Counted from the first letter of the stretch, positions 8,400 to 17,526 are shown. The stretch is DNA of 32,000 nt from Chthoniobacteraceae bacterium (GCA_044237855.1 JBIIEM010000001.1:9828-41827); one strand, 5' to 3'. Notes: generated from the letters alone by a model not told the origin. Numbers and translations are program-made.

Positions 8400-9584
8400 T
8401 CAACCCACTGGCGATTTTCGAGGCGTGCGCGGCGGGGTGCCTGAATCAGGGGCCCATCGCTTTTTGAGCGACAGAATCGGTTTCTCGAAAAAGTGCCAGC
8501 TACCGGCGGCGATTAGAATGGACGTCGCCGATTTCAGGAATCCTTCCGCCACAGGACTGAGCGACGGCGAAAAGCCGAGCCGGGCCCAAATCGAGTAATA
8601 ATAGCCATCCAGCAGCATGTGGTAGACGTAAACCCCGTAACTTATGCGCCCGAAATAGCGCAGGACGGGATGGCTTAGGAACCTGTTCAGCATCGAACCC
8701 TGGTTGAGCGACCTCACGAACAGCCAGCCAAAGAAGAGTGTTACGGACCACGGATAAAGGAGCCGGTATTCCGGAAAGTTTATCGCCGGTTGCCCGCCGT
8801 GCCACCACCAGACGACTTGGGACAACGCAAAAAAAGGCAGGCCCAGCCCGAGCGAAAAGCGCGCGAGGCGGGGGCACCCGCTGCCTTCATAATACCTCCC
8901 GTAGGCCAGAGCGGCACCGTAACCCAGCGCAAGCGACGGCTGACCGATTGGCAGACTCATGATCATACCATAGGACGACAACCCGCACGCCCCACCAATC
9001 ACACACAAGGCTGCTGAACTCGCAAACAGCCAGCGGATGGCTGGTCCCACTCGCTTCCGGGCAAGGGAGAGGATGACCAATGGCCACACAAGATAAAACT
9101 GTTCCTCCACAGCCAGCGTCCAAAAATGAACCATATTCCTGAAATCGATCCCGCAGAATACATGGCCGAAATTCGTCATGTACGTGAGATGCCACCAAAC
9201 ATAATCCCTCATGGGCTTCGATCCGATCAGGCACATTGCGAGAATGCTCGCGTAATAAACGGGCGCAATGCGGAGCACACGCCGGATATAAAACCGCTTC
9301 AACGCCGCACCCTTGCTCAACCGTCCATCGGCGACCTGCTCCTTCGCCTGAAAGAGAATTTGAGTGATGAGATAGCCGCTGATGATGAAGAAGACGGTCA
9401 CTCCTACGCCGCCCATCTGCATCCAGGTGTTCGGCGGTTCGCGAAGCGGAAAGAAGTGCGCGACCAAGACCATCACAGCCGCCGCCGCACGCCAGCCGTC
9501 AATGCACGGCTCATACCGGATCGAACCGCCCGTGGGGAGGCCGGTGAGCAGGCTTTGCGGGGATGATTCTTGGGGTTGGCTCAT
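8400..9584 (-). CDS. Acyltransferase family 3 membrane O-acyltransferase (OafA/WecH-like)
   Basis: Start trimmed from 9884 to ATG 9582-9584 (MSQPQESS...). IDGWRAAAAVMVLVAHF, GVTVFFIISGYLIT and many hydrophobic segments fit the acyltransferase_3 pattern. Confidence 0.85.
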   Translation of the reverse strand: MSQPQESSPQSLLTGLPTGGSIRYEPCIDGWRAAAAVMVLVAHFFPLREPPNTWMQMGGVGVTVFFIISGYLITQILFQAKEQVADGRLSKGAALKRFYIRRVLRIAPVYYASILAMCLIGSKPMRDYVWWHLTYMTNFGHVFCGIDFRNMVHFWTLAVEEQFYLVWPLVILSLARKRVGPAIRWLFASSAALCVIGGACGLSSYGMIMSLPIGQPSLALGYGAALAYGRYYEGSGCPRLARFSLGLGLPFFALSQVVWWWHGGQPAINFPEYRLLYPWSVTLFFGWLFVRSLNQGSMLNRFLSHPVLRYFGRISYGVYVYHMLLDGYYYSIWARLGFSPSLSPVAEGFLKSATSILIAAGSWHFFEKPILSLKKRWAPDSGTPPRTPRKSPVG

Positions 9585-9753
9585 GAAAGTGCCGCTTGAT
9601 AGCAACGCCTCCCTTGACAGGGAAGTCCAAAGCGCCCCCGCGGTTTCATCCCGATTTCTGCTCCATTTTGCTCGCCATCCTTGGAAACGACACGCTCGCC
9701 TCGGCCAGACCAGTTCACGAAAGTGTAACCGTGTGCCAGGCTCGGGGTTTTGC

Positions 9754-9865
9754 GGCGCGGAGCGCCGGTGGAACGCGACCTCCCGGGCGCGTTTCCCGGG
9801 ATGGAATGCTTTCGCCGCGCCGAAGAAGCGTGCCCGGAGGTCACGCTCCACCGGCGCTCCGCGCC
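9754..9865. repeat. GC-rich inverted repeat with 30-bp arms (28/30 complementary) and a 52-nt loop, in the gap between the DUF218 and acyltransferase genes
   Basis: The left arm 9754-9783 is ggcgcggagcgccggtggaacgcgacctcc. The reverse complement of 9836-9865 is ggcgcggagcgccggtggagcgtgacctcc. No T-run follows on either strand. Confidence 0.85.
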
Positions 9866-9902
9866 CCCATCCGAAAATGGCCACACTTTAAGTTAAACCG
9901 CG

Positions 9903-10700
9903 CTAGTCTCGAATCCACCCACGACGCTTGTAAATCCACCAACCGCCTTTCTCGTGGATCACAGTCAGTATCTTTTCGCCGCCGGCACCGGTCGGCAGGA
10001 AGACGCCTTGTCTGCCCGGATCCACCGACAGTGATGTCAGAAAATTGCACGGCACCGGTTCCACATTCACCCCGGCGGTCTGGAATGTCGCCACAGCGCG
10101 GCTCATGTGAAACGCCGAAGTCACCAGCAGCACCCGCTTCCAGTTCCGGTCCTTGCACAGTGCCGCCACTTTCACCGCTTCGTCGTGCGTGTTTGCATTG
10201 ATGCCCAGACTCACGATCTCGAACTCCGGCGGTGACTGCGTAACGCCCCAGAATTTGAGTCTCTCCATCACCAAGTCCGCTTCACACTGCAACACCCCGT
10301 CCAACTCACCTCCACCCCCGCCAATTACAAGCACACGCGCCTTGTTGCTCCGTGCCAGATGGATTCCCATCGCGATGCGATCCATCGATCGCGTAAACCG
10401 CACCCGACCGGCTTCGAACCTCGACGGTGTCGCCCCGCCTCCCAGCACCACAATCGCATCGCAAGCCGGCAGTGCTTCGATATTCTTTCCAGCCCACGGA
10501 CGCTCCATGCGCCGCAGCAACCACCCGGGAAAATCCGTCGCGCCGCCAATGAAAACCACGATCGCCACCGTCGCCGCGAACAACGCCGGTCCGCGCTGCC
10601 TCCTGCGCGCAAGCCACACCGCAAGCACCACTACGCCGAGCCAGCCCAGCGCCGTCGGATCGGCGAGCAATGTCAGATTCATATAAACCCAGTCCATCAT
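9903..10700 (-). CDS. YdcF/SanA/ElyC-type DUF218 domain protein
   Basis: N-terminal TM helices are followed by CDAIVVLGGG, RVLVIGGGG and VLLVTSAFHMSRA, which fit the DUF218 pattern. Confidence 0.8.
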   Translation of the reverse strand: MMDWVYMNLTLLADPTALGWLGVVVLAVWLARRRQRGPALFAATVAIVVFIGGATDFPGWLLRRMERPWAGKNIEALPACDAIVVLGGGATPSRFEAGRVRFTRSMDRIAMGIHLARSNKARVLVIGGGGGELDGVLQCEADLVMERLKFWGVTQSPPEFEIVSLGINANTHDEAVKVAALCKDRNWKRVLLVTSAFHMSRAVATFQTAGVNVEPVPCNFLTSLSVDPGRQGVFLPTGAGGEKILTVIHEKGGWWIYKRRGWIRD

Positions 10701-10718
10701 CGTTCAGAAATCGGACGC

Positions 10719-11747
10719 TTAATCGGTGACGAGTCGTCTGAAGCGGTTGCTGAACGCCGCAGGGGCGCCACTGCGGAGCAGATCAAAACGCGACACGATG
10801 GGATAGCCGCCGCTCAAAGTGATCCGGGGCAGGCACTCCAGATGAGCGGCATGTTCCGGGAAGAGATTGGCGCTTCTTGTAGTTGTTGCAGTCTTGAACT
10901 GGCACTGCTTCACGAGAGCGAACTCTCGTTGACCCACCGCGCTGCGGCCACCAAACGGGTACGCGAAATGTTCCACCTTTCTGCCAATCTGAGATTCGAT
11001 GACACGCCGCGACTCGTTCAACTCAAAGAGAACAGCTTCGTCCGTGAGTTTGTTCAAATCGTAATGCCTCATCGTATGCGCGCCAATGGTTACCAGTGGA
11101 TCAGCGGCCAGTTGCCGGATTTCAGCCCAGGTCATCACCAGCCTCTCCCGTCCCGGCCCGGAGGGATTGCGATCGAATAGCAGGTACAGAAATTCGTCAC
11201 GTTCGGAAGGCCCAAGGCTTAGGATGATCTGCTTAACGGTTTCAAAGGCTTTGTCCTTCTGCACGGAAGAGGCGGCTTCCATCGTAACTTCCGTGCCTCG
11301 ATTTGAGAAAGAAATGGACGTCGCACTGCGAAGCAAATCCTCCAGCCGGTACCACCACATGTTTCCCGGATCCTCCACGAATGAGGGCGTGACGTTCACG
11401 GTGAAAGGGAGCCGGTACCGCTGAAATATTGGATAAGCCACGGTCACGTTGTCCCGGTAGCCATCATCAAACGTAAAGGCGACGAATGGTCTGACCTTCC
11501 GACCGGATGTGAGAATCGAATGCACCTCGTCGAGCGAGATCACTTGGATATCACGGGCATTCAGGTGACGGATCAACGACTCCAGGGAATCACCCGATAT
11601 CTCGAGCGCCGCATTCGGGCTGACCCAGGACGAATCCGACCCGTTCACAACGCGGTGCTGGCAGAGAATGGATCCGATTCCCGAGTAAATGGGCCGAAGC
11701 GCCTTGGTCAGTAAGTTAACGGCGGCCTTGCGCAAAAAACGTTTCAT
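10719..11747 (-). CDS. Polysaccharide deacetylase (NodB homology domain, CE4)
   Basis: VAFTFDDGYRDN matches NodB motif 1 (TFDDG). IGAHTMRH matches motif 2, H-(S/T)-x-x-H. It lies 18 nt upstream of the DUF218 gene on the same strand. Confidence 0.9.
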   Translation of the reverse strand: MKRFLRKAAVNLLTKALRPIYSGIGSILCQHRVVNGSDSSWVSPNAALEISGDSLESLIRHLNARDIQVISLDEVHSILTSGRKVRPFVAFTFDDGYRDNVTVAYPIFQRYRLPFTVNVTPSFVEDPGNMWWYRLEDLLRSATSISFSNRGTEVTMEAASSVQKDKAFETVKQIILSLGPSERDEFLYLLFDRNPSGPGRERLVMTWAEIRQLAADPLVTIGAHTMRHYDLNKLTDEAVLFELNESRRVIESQIGRKVEHFAYPFGGRSAVGQREFALVKQCQFKTATTTRSANLFPEHAAHLECLPRITLSGGYPIVSRFDLLRSGAPAAFSNRFRRLVTD

Positions 11748-11759
11748 TGGATTCGATGG

Positions 11760-12974
11760 TCAGGAATTCCGCCGGATGGCATCAGGTTTCCGAGTCGCGT
11801 GCATGGACGCGACGCACGATTCATAGAATTCGACATTTCTCCGGATCCAGTCGCGCTTGTTGAATAGTGCGAGCACTCGCCGGCGACCTTCCGCACCGAG
11901 CCGCGCTGCCAGCTCCGCGTCGTCGAGAATCAGCCGGATTTTCTGCGCAATATCGCCAGAATCCAAGGGGTTGCAGAGCAGACCGGACACACCGTCCTCA
12001 ATGACTTCCGGGCCGGGGCCGGTTTTTGAAAAAATGGTTGGCCGACCAACTGCCATCGCTTCAATCGGCGCGATTCCGAACGATTCCATGTGCGAAGGAT
12101 AACAGCACACGTTCGCGCGGCGAAGGTGATGCAGGATGCCGACCTCGCGATCGAGCCACCCCAAGAAGGTGACGCGTCCCCGAAATTCAGGTCGTACCCG
12201 TTCTAGCAACGCATTGAGATAGTTGCGTCCACCGGGCTTGGTGTGTGCGTCCTGGCCGATCACGGCCAGATGCGCCTCCGGATGCGATTGGCACACCAAG
12301 TTCATGGCATCCAGCAATTGCTCAATTCCCTTCTTGGGATTGAGGGAATTCACAAACACAATCAATCCTGGTTCCACTTCATCCGTTCTTCCCGGTGAAA
12401 ACACTTCGGCGTCCACTGCGTTTGAGATGACGCTCCCATTGTGTTGTTCGAGGCTGCACAGCGAAAGGGTCTTGGAGAATACATACCGTGAAGGGCCGAT
12501 CCAGAAATCGGCCATCTTCAAAGTTCGCCGCTCAAAATTGTGCTCGAACTCGTCGCCCGCCCTGGCGAGTTCGCGGTCGAAGAATAAGTTCGACCCCTGC
12601 AAACGACAGACAATCGGAACGCCCTTCGGCCCGCCCCACGGCAGCCATCCGGCGTAGTCAGAAACTTCGATGACATCGAATGGCCGACGCGCTTGTTCAC
12701 GTGCCAGCCAGCGACGCAAGCGCCATCGGTCGAACCAAGCCCCTGCCCGGTAACGGAACCAGACCGGCGAAGCCTTCAGCCGAACCACCCTCGGCCCGTT
12801 GCCGGGTTCGCATGACTCAGAGTCTTTCTCAAGATCACCGTAAACACCCACCACAGTGACTTCATGGCCGGCAGTCGTGAGCCCACTGGCGAGATCGTGA
12901 TTGCTCGTTCCGATCCCACCGAGGCTCGGACGCCTTCCAGCCGTAAAGTCGTTGGAAATCAATCCTATGCGCAT
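11760..12974 (-). CDS. Glycosyltransferase family 4 (GT-B)
   Basis: The N-terminus has GGIGTSNHDLASGLTTAGHEVTVV. The C-terminus has ESFGIAPIEAMAVGRPTIFSKTGPGPEVIEDGVSGLLCNP (E-x7-E motif). ATG 12972-12974 is preferred over the track's TTG at 12993-12995. Confidence 0.9.
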   Translation of the reverse strand: MRIGLISNDFTAGRRPSLGGIGTSNHDLASGLTTAGHEVTVVGVYGDLEKDSESCEPGNGPRVVRLKASPVWFRYRAGAWFDRWRLRRWLAREQARRPFDVIEVSDYAGWLPWGGPKGVPIVCRLQGSNLFFDRELARAGDEFEHNFERRTLKMADFWIGPSRYVFSKTLSLCSLEQHNGSVISNAVDAEVFSPGRTDEVEPGLIVFVNSLNPKKGIEQLLDAMNLVCQSHPEAHLAVIGQDAHTKPGGRNYLNALLERVRPEFRGRVTFLGWLDREVGILHHLRRANVCCYPSHMESFGIAPIEAMAVGRPTIFSKTGPGPEVIEDGVSGLLCNPLDSGDIAQKIRLILDDAELAARLGAEGRRRVLALFNKRDWIRRNVEFYESCVASMHATRKPDAIRRNS

Positions 12975-12998
12975 AGTACAATTGTTAACTTGCAATCA

Positions 12999-13985
12999 TC
13001 ATTTTCTCGATGTCCAATGAGGATCGAGCACCGCCGCACGTGCGGCTTGAAAGACTTCCTCGGGCTGAATGGCCGAGAGGCACTTACGGTCATAGGGACA
13101 AGGCCCATCCAGCCAGCACGGGGCGCAAGGCACCGCGCTGTAGAACGGCCGCACGAACGGATAACGATAACCCTCGCTCGATTCGTAACCTCCATAGATG
13201 ATTATCGACCGGACCTCGAAGGCGCTGGCGACGTGCATCCCGGCGGAAACCGGCCCTATGAAAACTGAAGCCTGGGAAATTATCCACGCAAAGTCCACAA
13301 TCGTGGTTAGCCCTGCCAACGCGTGGAAGCGGCCGCCAAACTCATGGTTGGGAAAGAATGTTATTGTCCCCAGTTCCACCACGTCGAATTCCGCGACCAG
13401 CAGACGGATCAATTCCTTCCACGATTCGAGTGACCATTGCTTGTTTGGCGTATATCCACTGGTCTGCGGTTGAATCATGATCAACGGCTTCTGGAGCGCA
13501 TCGATCTTGGCCCTCACCCCTGGCGACGGAGTCACATCGAACAGGTCTGGTTGATCGTTCTGCAATCGTAACCCCACGCATTCCGCCAAACGTATGACAA
13601 CCGCCCGGGCAGGCGGCCGTGACGGACCATACGTGAGTCGGATGGCGCCTCGGATAGCATCCGCGGAATAGGGCTCCACCACATCGATATTTGCATTCGA
13701 CCGAAACAGCCCGGAATGCCGCGTGATAAAGGTAACACGGCATCGCGGGTTGCGTCGCCGGATTTCTCGGAAGACCGCTGTACACATTACCTCGTCGCCA
13801 ATCCCTCCTCCGTCTGAATAGAGACGAAGTTGCGCGCGTTCAAACGGTTTGCGCAATGGCCGCGGCCAGCGCCAGCGGATGAAAGTATCCGCACCGCGCC
13901 TTCCCAAAAAGCCAAGAACACTATTGGAAAGCGGCCTCTTCTTGTAGACTAGCCAAACGCGAAGGTTGTGAAGCAATTTTTTCAA
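12999..13985 (-). CDS. Glycosyltransferase family 9 (heptosyltransferase-like)
   Basis: GGGIGDEVMCTAVFREIRRRNPRCRVTFIT and FIGPVSAGMHVASAFEVRSIIIYGG fit the GT9 pattern. The only full-length start is TTG 13983-13985, so the start is uncertain. Confidence 0.8.
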   Translation of the reverse strand: MKKLLHNLRVWLVYKKRPLSNSVLGFLGRRGADTFIRWRWPRPLRKPFERAQLRLYSDGGGIGDEVMCTAVFREIRRRNPRCRVTFITRHSGLFRSNANIDVVEPYSADAIRGAIRLTYGPSRPPARAVVIRLAECVGLRLQNDQPDLFDVTPSPGVRAKIDALQKPLIMIQPQTSGYTPNKQWSLESWKELIRLLVAEFDVVELGTITFFPNHEFGGRFHALAGLTTIVDFAWIISQASVFIGPVSAGMHVASAFEVRSIIIYGGYESSEGYRYPFVRPFYSAVPCAPCWLDGPCPYDRKCLSAIQPEEVFQAARAAVLDPHWTSRK

Positions 13986-14140
13986 AATCGAACGCCCTAA
14001 TCACTGAAAGCCGACAAAAATGCAAGCGAATAACTCCTACCAGGCGGGCGCAGCGGAAAACCGGAGAAAATTTTGGAGCAAAACCGGACAGGGGCTGAGG
14101 GGGAGCAATGGACGAAGACGGTAAGCCAAGCTCAGTCAGA

Positions 14141-15426
14141 ATGAGGCTGTCTCGGTTCGCTGGACACCGAGGGGGGCGGCGGGGACAGGGGAACACCAAA
14201 ACCATCGAAGCGAAAACCGACACACGAGAACTGCGCAAGCGTTATGATGAAGGGTTCAAGCGCGACTGCGTCGCGCTGCTGGAAAAGAGCGGCAAGGGCC
14301 TGAAGGCGTTTGCGGCGGAGATGGGGATCAACCACTGGAACCTGAGGGACTGGCGGAGGCTTTACCGCACGCCGGAACCGCCGCGCAGTCCCGAACAGGC
14401 GGAGGCGGAGTTGCTGAGGCTGCGCCGTGAAAATGAGAGCCTGCGGGCGCAAAGGGACGTTTTTAAAAAATGCCTTGACCATCCTTGCCGGACCGCTGCC
14501 GAGCGTTACGCGCGCATGAAAGCGATGGAGCACGAGCACGCCATCACCGAACTGTGCGAGGCGTTCGCGGTGTCGCGCAGTGGCTATTACCGCTGGCGCG
14601 ACGCCACGCCCGGCGAGCGTTCGCGCGAGGATGCCCGGATCACCGAAGTGCTGTGCGCGGCGCACCGGCGTTCGCGCGATACGTACGGCCGTCCACGTCC
14701 GGTGCGCGAACTGCGCGCGCAGGGCATGCGGCACTCGCAGCGCCGCATCGCGCGGCTCATGCGTGCGGCACGACTCCACGGCGTGCAACGCGGGCGCTTC
14801 AAGCCGCAATGCGTGACGCGGGAGCGTCCTCCTTTTTGTGCGGAGCGCATCCTGCATGGCCGCCAGCGCGGCAAACCACCGACAGCAACCACGGGCGCGA
14901 GCCCGCGCCCAACTGGCTGGACCAATTGCCGATGCCCTCGGCCCCCAATCAAATTTGGGTGGCCGACATCACGTATGCCTGGACCGAGGAAGGCTGGCTC
15001 TACGTCGCCGGCGTGCTCGACCTTTGCAGCCGCCGCATCGGCGGCCCGGCCTCTTCCGGACATCTGGAGACCAGCCTGCCCGAGGCCGCGCTGGGGCAAG
15101 CCGTCCTGGGACGCGAACTGCCCGCGGGCCTGCTCCATCACAGCGACCGCGGCGTGCAATACGCCAGCGAGCACTACAGCCGGATGCTGGAACTGCACGG
15201 CATCACCCCGAGCATGAGCCGCCGCGCCAACTGGTACGACAACGCCCACATGGAAAGCTTCTGGGGCACGCTCAAGCCCGGACTCATCAGCCGCCGCCGC
15301 TTCACCACACGGCATGAGGCATGGCTGGCGATCTTCGACTATGTCGAAACCTTCTACAACCGCGTGCGGCGCCACAGCGCACTCGGCTATCAATCCCCTC
15401 TGGCCTACGAACACCAACTGAACTAA
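14141..15426 (+). pseudogene. IS3-family transposase OrfAB, frame-disrupted
   Basis: One frame (through 14809) carries KRYDEGFKRDCVALLEKSGKGLKAFAAEMGINHWNLRDW, the zipper, and the OrfB N-terminus AITELCEAFAVSRSGYYRW ... RGRFKPQ. Another frame (from 14875) carries the DDE core: TTDSNHGREPAPNWL, NQIWVADITY, GWLYVAGVLDLCSRR, HHSDRGVQYAS, YDNAHMESFWGTLK. The two parts are separated by 65 nt (14810-14874), which shifts the frame. Confidence 0.8.
14142..14185. repeat. IS3 left terminal inverted repeat
   Basis: tgaggctgtctcggttcgctggacaccgaggggggcggcgggga. Confidence 0.9.
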
Positions 15427-15436
15427 CAACCAACCA

Positions 15437-15480
15437 TCCCCGCCGCCCCCCTCGATATCCACCAAACCGAGACAGCCTCA
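15437..15480. repeat. IS3 right terminal inverted repeat
   Basis: The reverse complement reads tgaggctgtctcggtttggtggatatcgaggggggcggcgggga (4 mismatches to IRL). Confidence 0.9.
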
Positions 15481-16560
15481 GAAGGAGGAAGAGGGTGAGG
15501 GATGACCCGCAACTGGCGTTCGGGATCGAGGATGACGGTGAGGGATTTAAGGCGGGTTGGAGCGATGGGCCAGCGGCGGCCGAGCAGTTCAATGAAGTGG
15601 TCGTTTGAACAGCGGCGCTGGAGATGGATGGCGAAGTGCAGGCCGCAGAGCGCTGATGCCGGACCGGCTAAAGCTTGGAGCGTCTTTCATCGAAGGCGGA
15701 CTGCCACGCCGTGTCCTGACGGAGACTCGTGGCGCAGCTGCGGTAGTGCGCGTTGTGCGAGGATATCTCTATTGCGAGCAGAAGGCGTTGGCCGGTTTGA
15801 AAAGGTAGCACCGACGGCACAGTCGCAAGCGACGGGCGCCTCGGTCGTCTCGCTGGGCAGGAAGCAGTCGGCTAGAATCTTGCCCGAATGTTCGTCGATG
15901 GTGGGCAGGAGGATGGGCTTGCTCGGAGCCGGTCACCAGTCGTGAGGAGAGGATTCGTGCTGCCAGAGTTTGCCGATGGAACCGGCCTAGCAGCCACGGC
16001 GGGGTTTTGGGCCGGGCTTGGCTTGGGCACAGCCATCTCTGGCAGATGCGGGCGGCACCACGCGGCGACGTCGGCGCGGGGGCTCGTCGGCGAGCAAGGA
16101 GGAATTGAGCGGACGGCAATGCAGGATGAACTCTCAGGCGAACCCGGCAGCCTGCGGGGACTAGGGCGCGGCGGGATCGGTCACCAAGCGATGCCGCAGC
16201 GCATCGAGCTGGGAGTAGCTGATTTCCAAGCCTGGGAGGGCGGGGCAGACGTCGCAACGGCCCGCATCGAAGTCGGCGAGCACGGAGGACAGGCGGTGGC
16301 AGAATTGCTTTTCATCAACGCAGCGGACACGGTCTGCCACCCTGCGGAAAGCAGCGCGAACGTGCGGGAGAGGAATTTTGCATCTGCTTTTGTGGCGCGG
16401 TCCAGCGGCACAAGAGCGGACATCCACACGAGCAGTCACGATCTGTCCGGTTTTACCCCAACCCCGGCACGCGATAGCGTCCGCGCCACGGTCTTTGCCC
16501 CACATCATCAGGCACCCTTATGCGCGATAACGGGCAATTCCGAGCCACGCAGTTTCGTTC
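15481..16560 (-). pseudogene. Heavily decayed transposase-like remnant (best guess IS630/Tc1-mariner-type DDE), apparently continuing left of the IS3 element at about 14000-14141
   Basis: Minus-strand fragments in shifting frames, interrupted by stops: WQHESSPHDW*PAPSKPILLPTIDEHSGKIL, then HFAIHLQRRCSNDHFIELLGRRWPIAPTRLKSLTVILDPERQL. Across the IS3 insertion the sequence reads LSGFAPKFSPVFRCARL, which resembles the IS630 pattern (N..F..FL......k.i.lIlDN ... P.YSP.lN..E). The combined length of about 1.15 kb fits an IS630-size element. No intact ORF is present. Confidence 0.3.
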
Positions 16561-16794
16561 AAACTCTCACGATACCGGGCCGGCGCGAGCGCGGCTACGT
16601 AGATGCCGATCCCGACGCGCATAAAGATGAATCTCGCGATTGCTAAGCGGCGGCCGGGAACGAGGAAACCTCATCCGCGCCGCTTCGATGAAACATCGCG
16701 CGCCAGACTGGGGGCCGCCGCTGCTGTGTTGAAAGATTGCCTTGCGTCCGTCTTCCAAGCTGACTTCATTCGGAATCTCGATCGTCCACGTTTC

Positions 16795-17526
16795 ATGACC
16801 GCCAACTGCCCTGCCTGCACCAGCACTGAAGCCGAGCGCTACCCGTATGGCGAGCATCTGCGCCGGATCACCGTCACCTCGGTGAGACATCAGGTCGGCA
16901 GCGTGCTTTTCGCGCTCCGGCTGCGCAGTGCGTGGCTCCGGAATCGGCTGCTGTTTGGTCCCACTCGGAATGTGCTGCGTTGTCCCCGCTCTGGGCACGG
17001 CCGATATGAACGCGAGTTCAAGCCTGGCGAACTCGAGGACTACTATCACCGCCGCTATTTCCTTGCCGATGGCCTGCCGCGCGAAAGGTGGGACGACAGG
17101 ACCTTTGTGACGAATCATGCGAAGACGCGCGGCCAGTGGGCCTTCGTGCAGCCGCATCTCGAACGGCTGCCAGCTTTGCAAATGCTCGACATCGGTGCTG
17201 CTGCCAGCCGCATCTCGCGCATGGCGCGCCTGCACTTCGGTGATCGCGCGCAGTGCTCGGTCGTCGAACCGGGCGATGGCTGGGCGGACTACTACCAATA
17301 TCGTAAGATGCAGATCGTAGGCCCGTTCTTTCCGTTTCTGGAAAGCGACTCCAGCAATCAAGTAAGGAAGCATCCACCGAGTCCGCCACATAATTTTGGG
17401 TTTCAACCGCAAGGAATATGCGTTTGCATCAGTCCGGACATGGACGGCGAGAATGCGAATCGGCGTTGGGGGAGCGAGGAAATCCCATCCGCGTCTCTTC
17501 CGGGAAGCGTCGAATGCCAAACTTGA
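16795..17526 (+). CDS. Putative SAM-dependent methyltransferase with an N-terminal Cys-pair (zinc-ribbon-like) region and a degenerate motif I
   Basis: Trimmed to ATG 16795-16797 (MTANCPACTS ... LRCPRSGH). MLDIGAAASRISRMARLHFGDRAQCSVVEPGD resembles motif I/post-I, with Gly replaced by Ala. The plus frame has GC-rich third positions, and the fully overlapping minus ORF is Arg/Ala-rich junk. The last roughly 60 codons are lower in GC and unrecognisable. Confidence 0.55.
   Translation: MTANCPACTSTEAERYPYGEHLRRITVTSVRHQVGSVLFALRLRSAWLRNRLLFGPTRNVLRCPRSGHGRYEREFKPGELEDYYHRRYFLADGLPRERWDDRTFVTNHAKTRGQWAFVQPHLERLPALQMLDIGAAASRISRMARLHFGDRAQCSVVEPGDGWADYYQYRKMQIVGPFFPFLESDSSNQVRKHPPSPPHNFGFQPQGICVCISPDMDGENANRRWGSEEIPSASLPGSVECQT

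Larger units (their letters stand above)
14142..15480 (+). mobile_element. IS3-family insertion sequence, 1339 bp, with TG...CA termini, 44-bp imperfect terminal inverted repeats and a 3-bp target duplication (GAA)
   Basis: IRL is 14142-14185. The reverse complement of IRR (15437-15480) matches it at 40/44 positions. GAA occurs at 14139-14141 and at 15481-15483. The interior encodes IS3-type OrfA (HTH plus leucine-zipper-like ELLRLRRENESLRAQ) and an OrfB DDE domain. Confidence 0.9.

Noticed and set aside
9585-9884. N-terminal extensions of track ORFs: 8400..9884, 5595..6560, 22328..23386, 20798..22255, 27177..29300, 29310..30587, 1569..2474 and 25782..26204.
   Set aside because: In each case an internal ATG is followed immediately by a signal peptide, a lipobox or the start of the conserved domain. 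The extensions read through palindromes or repeats, or overlap the neighbouring gene.
14108-14140. ATG at 14108 as the transposase start (as in track ORF 14108..15217).
   Set aside because: It lies outside the IS3 left inverted repeat, which starts at 14142, so the first 11 codons are flanking DNA read in frame by chance.
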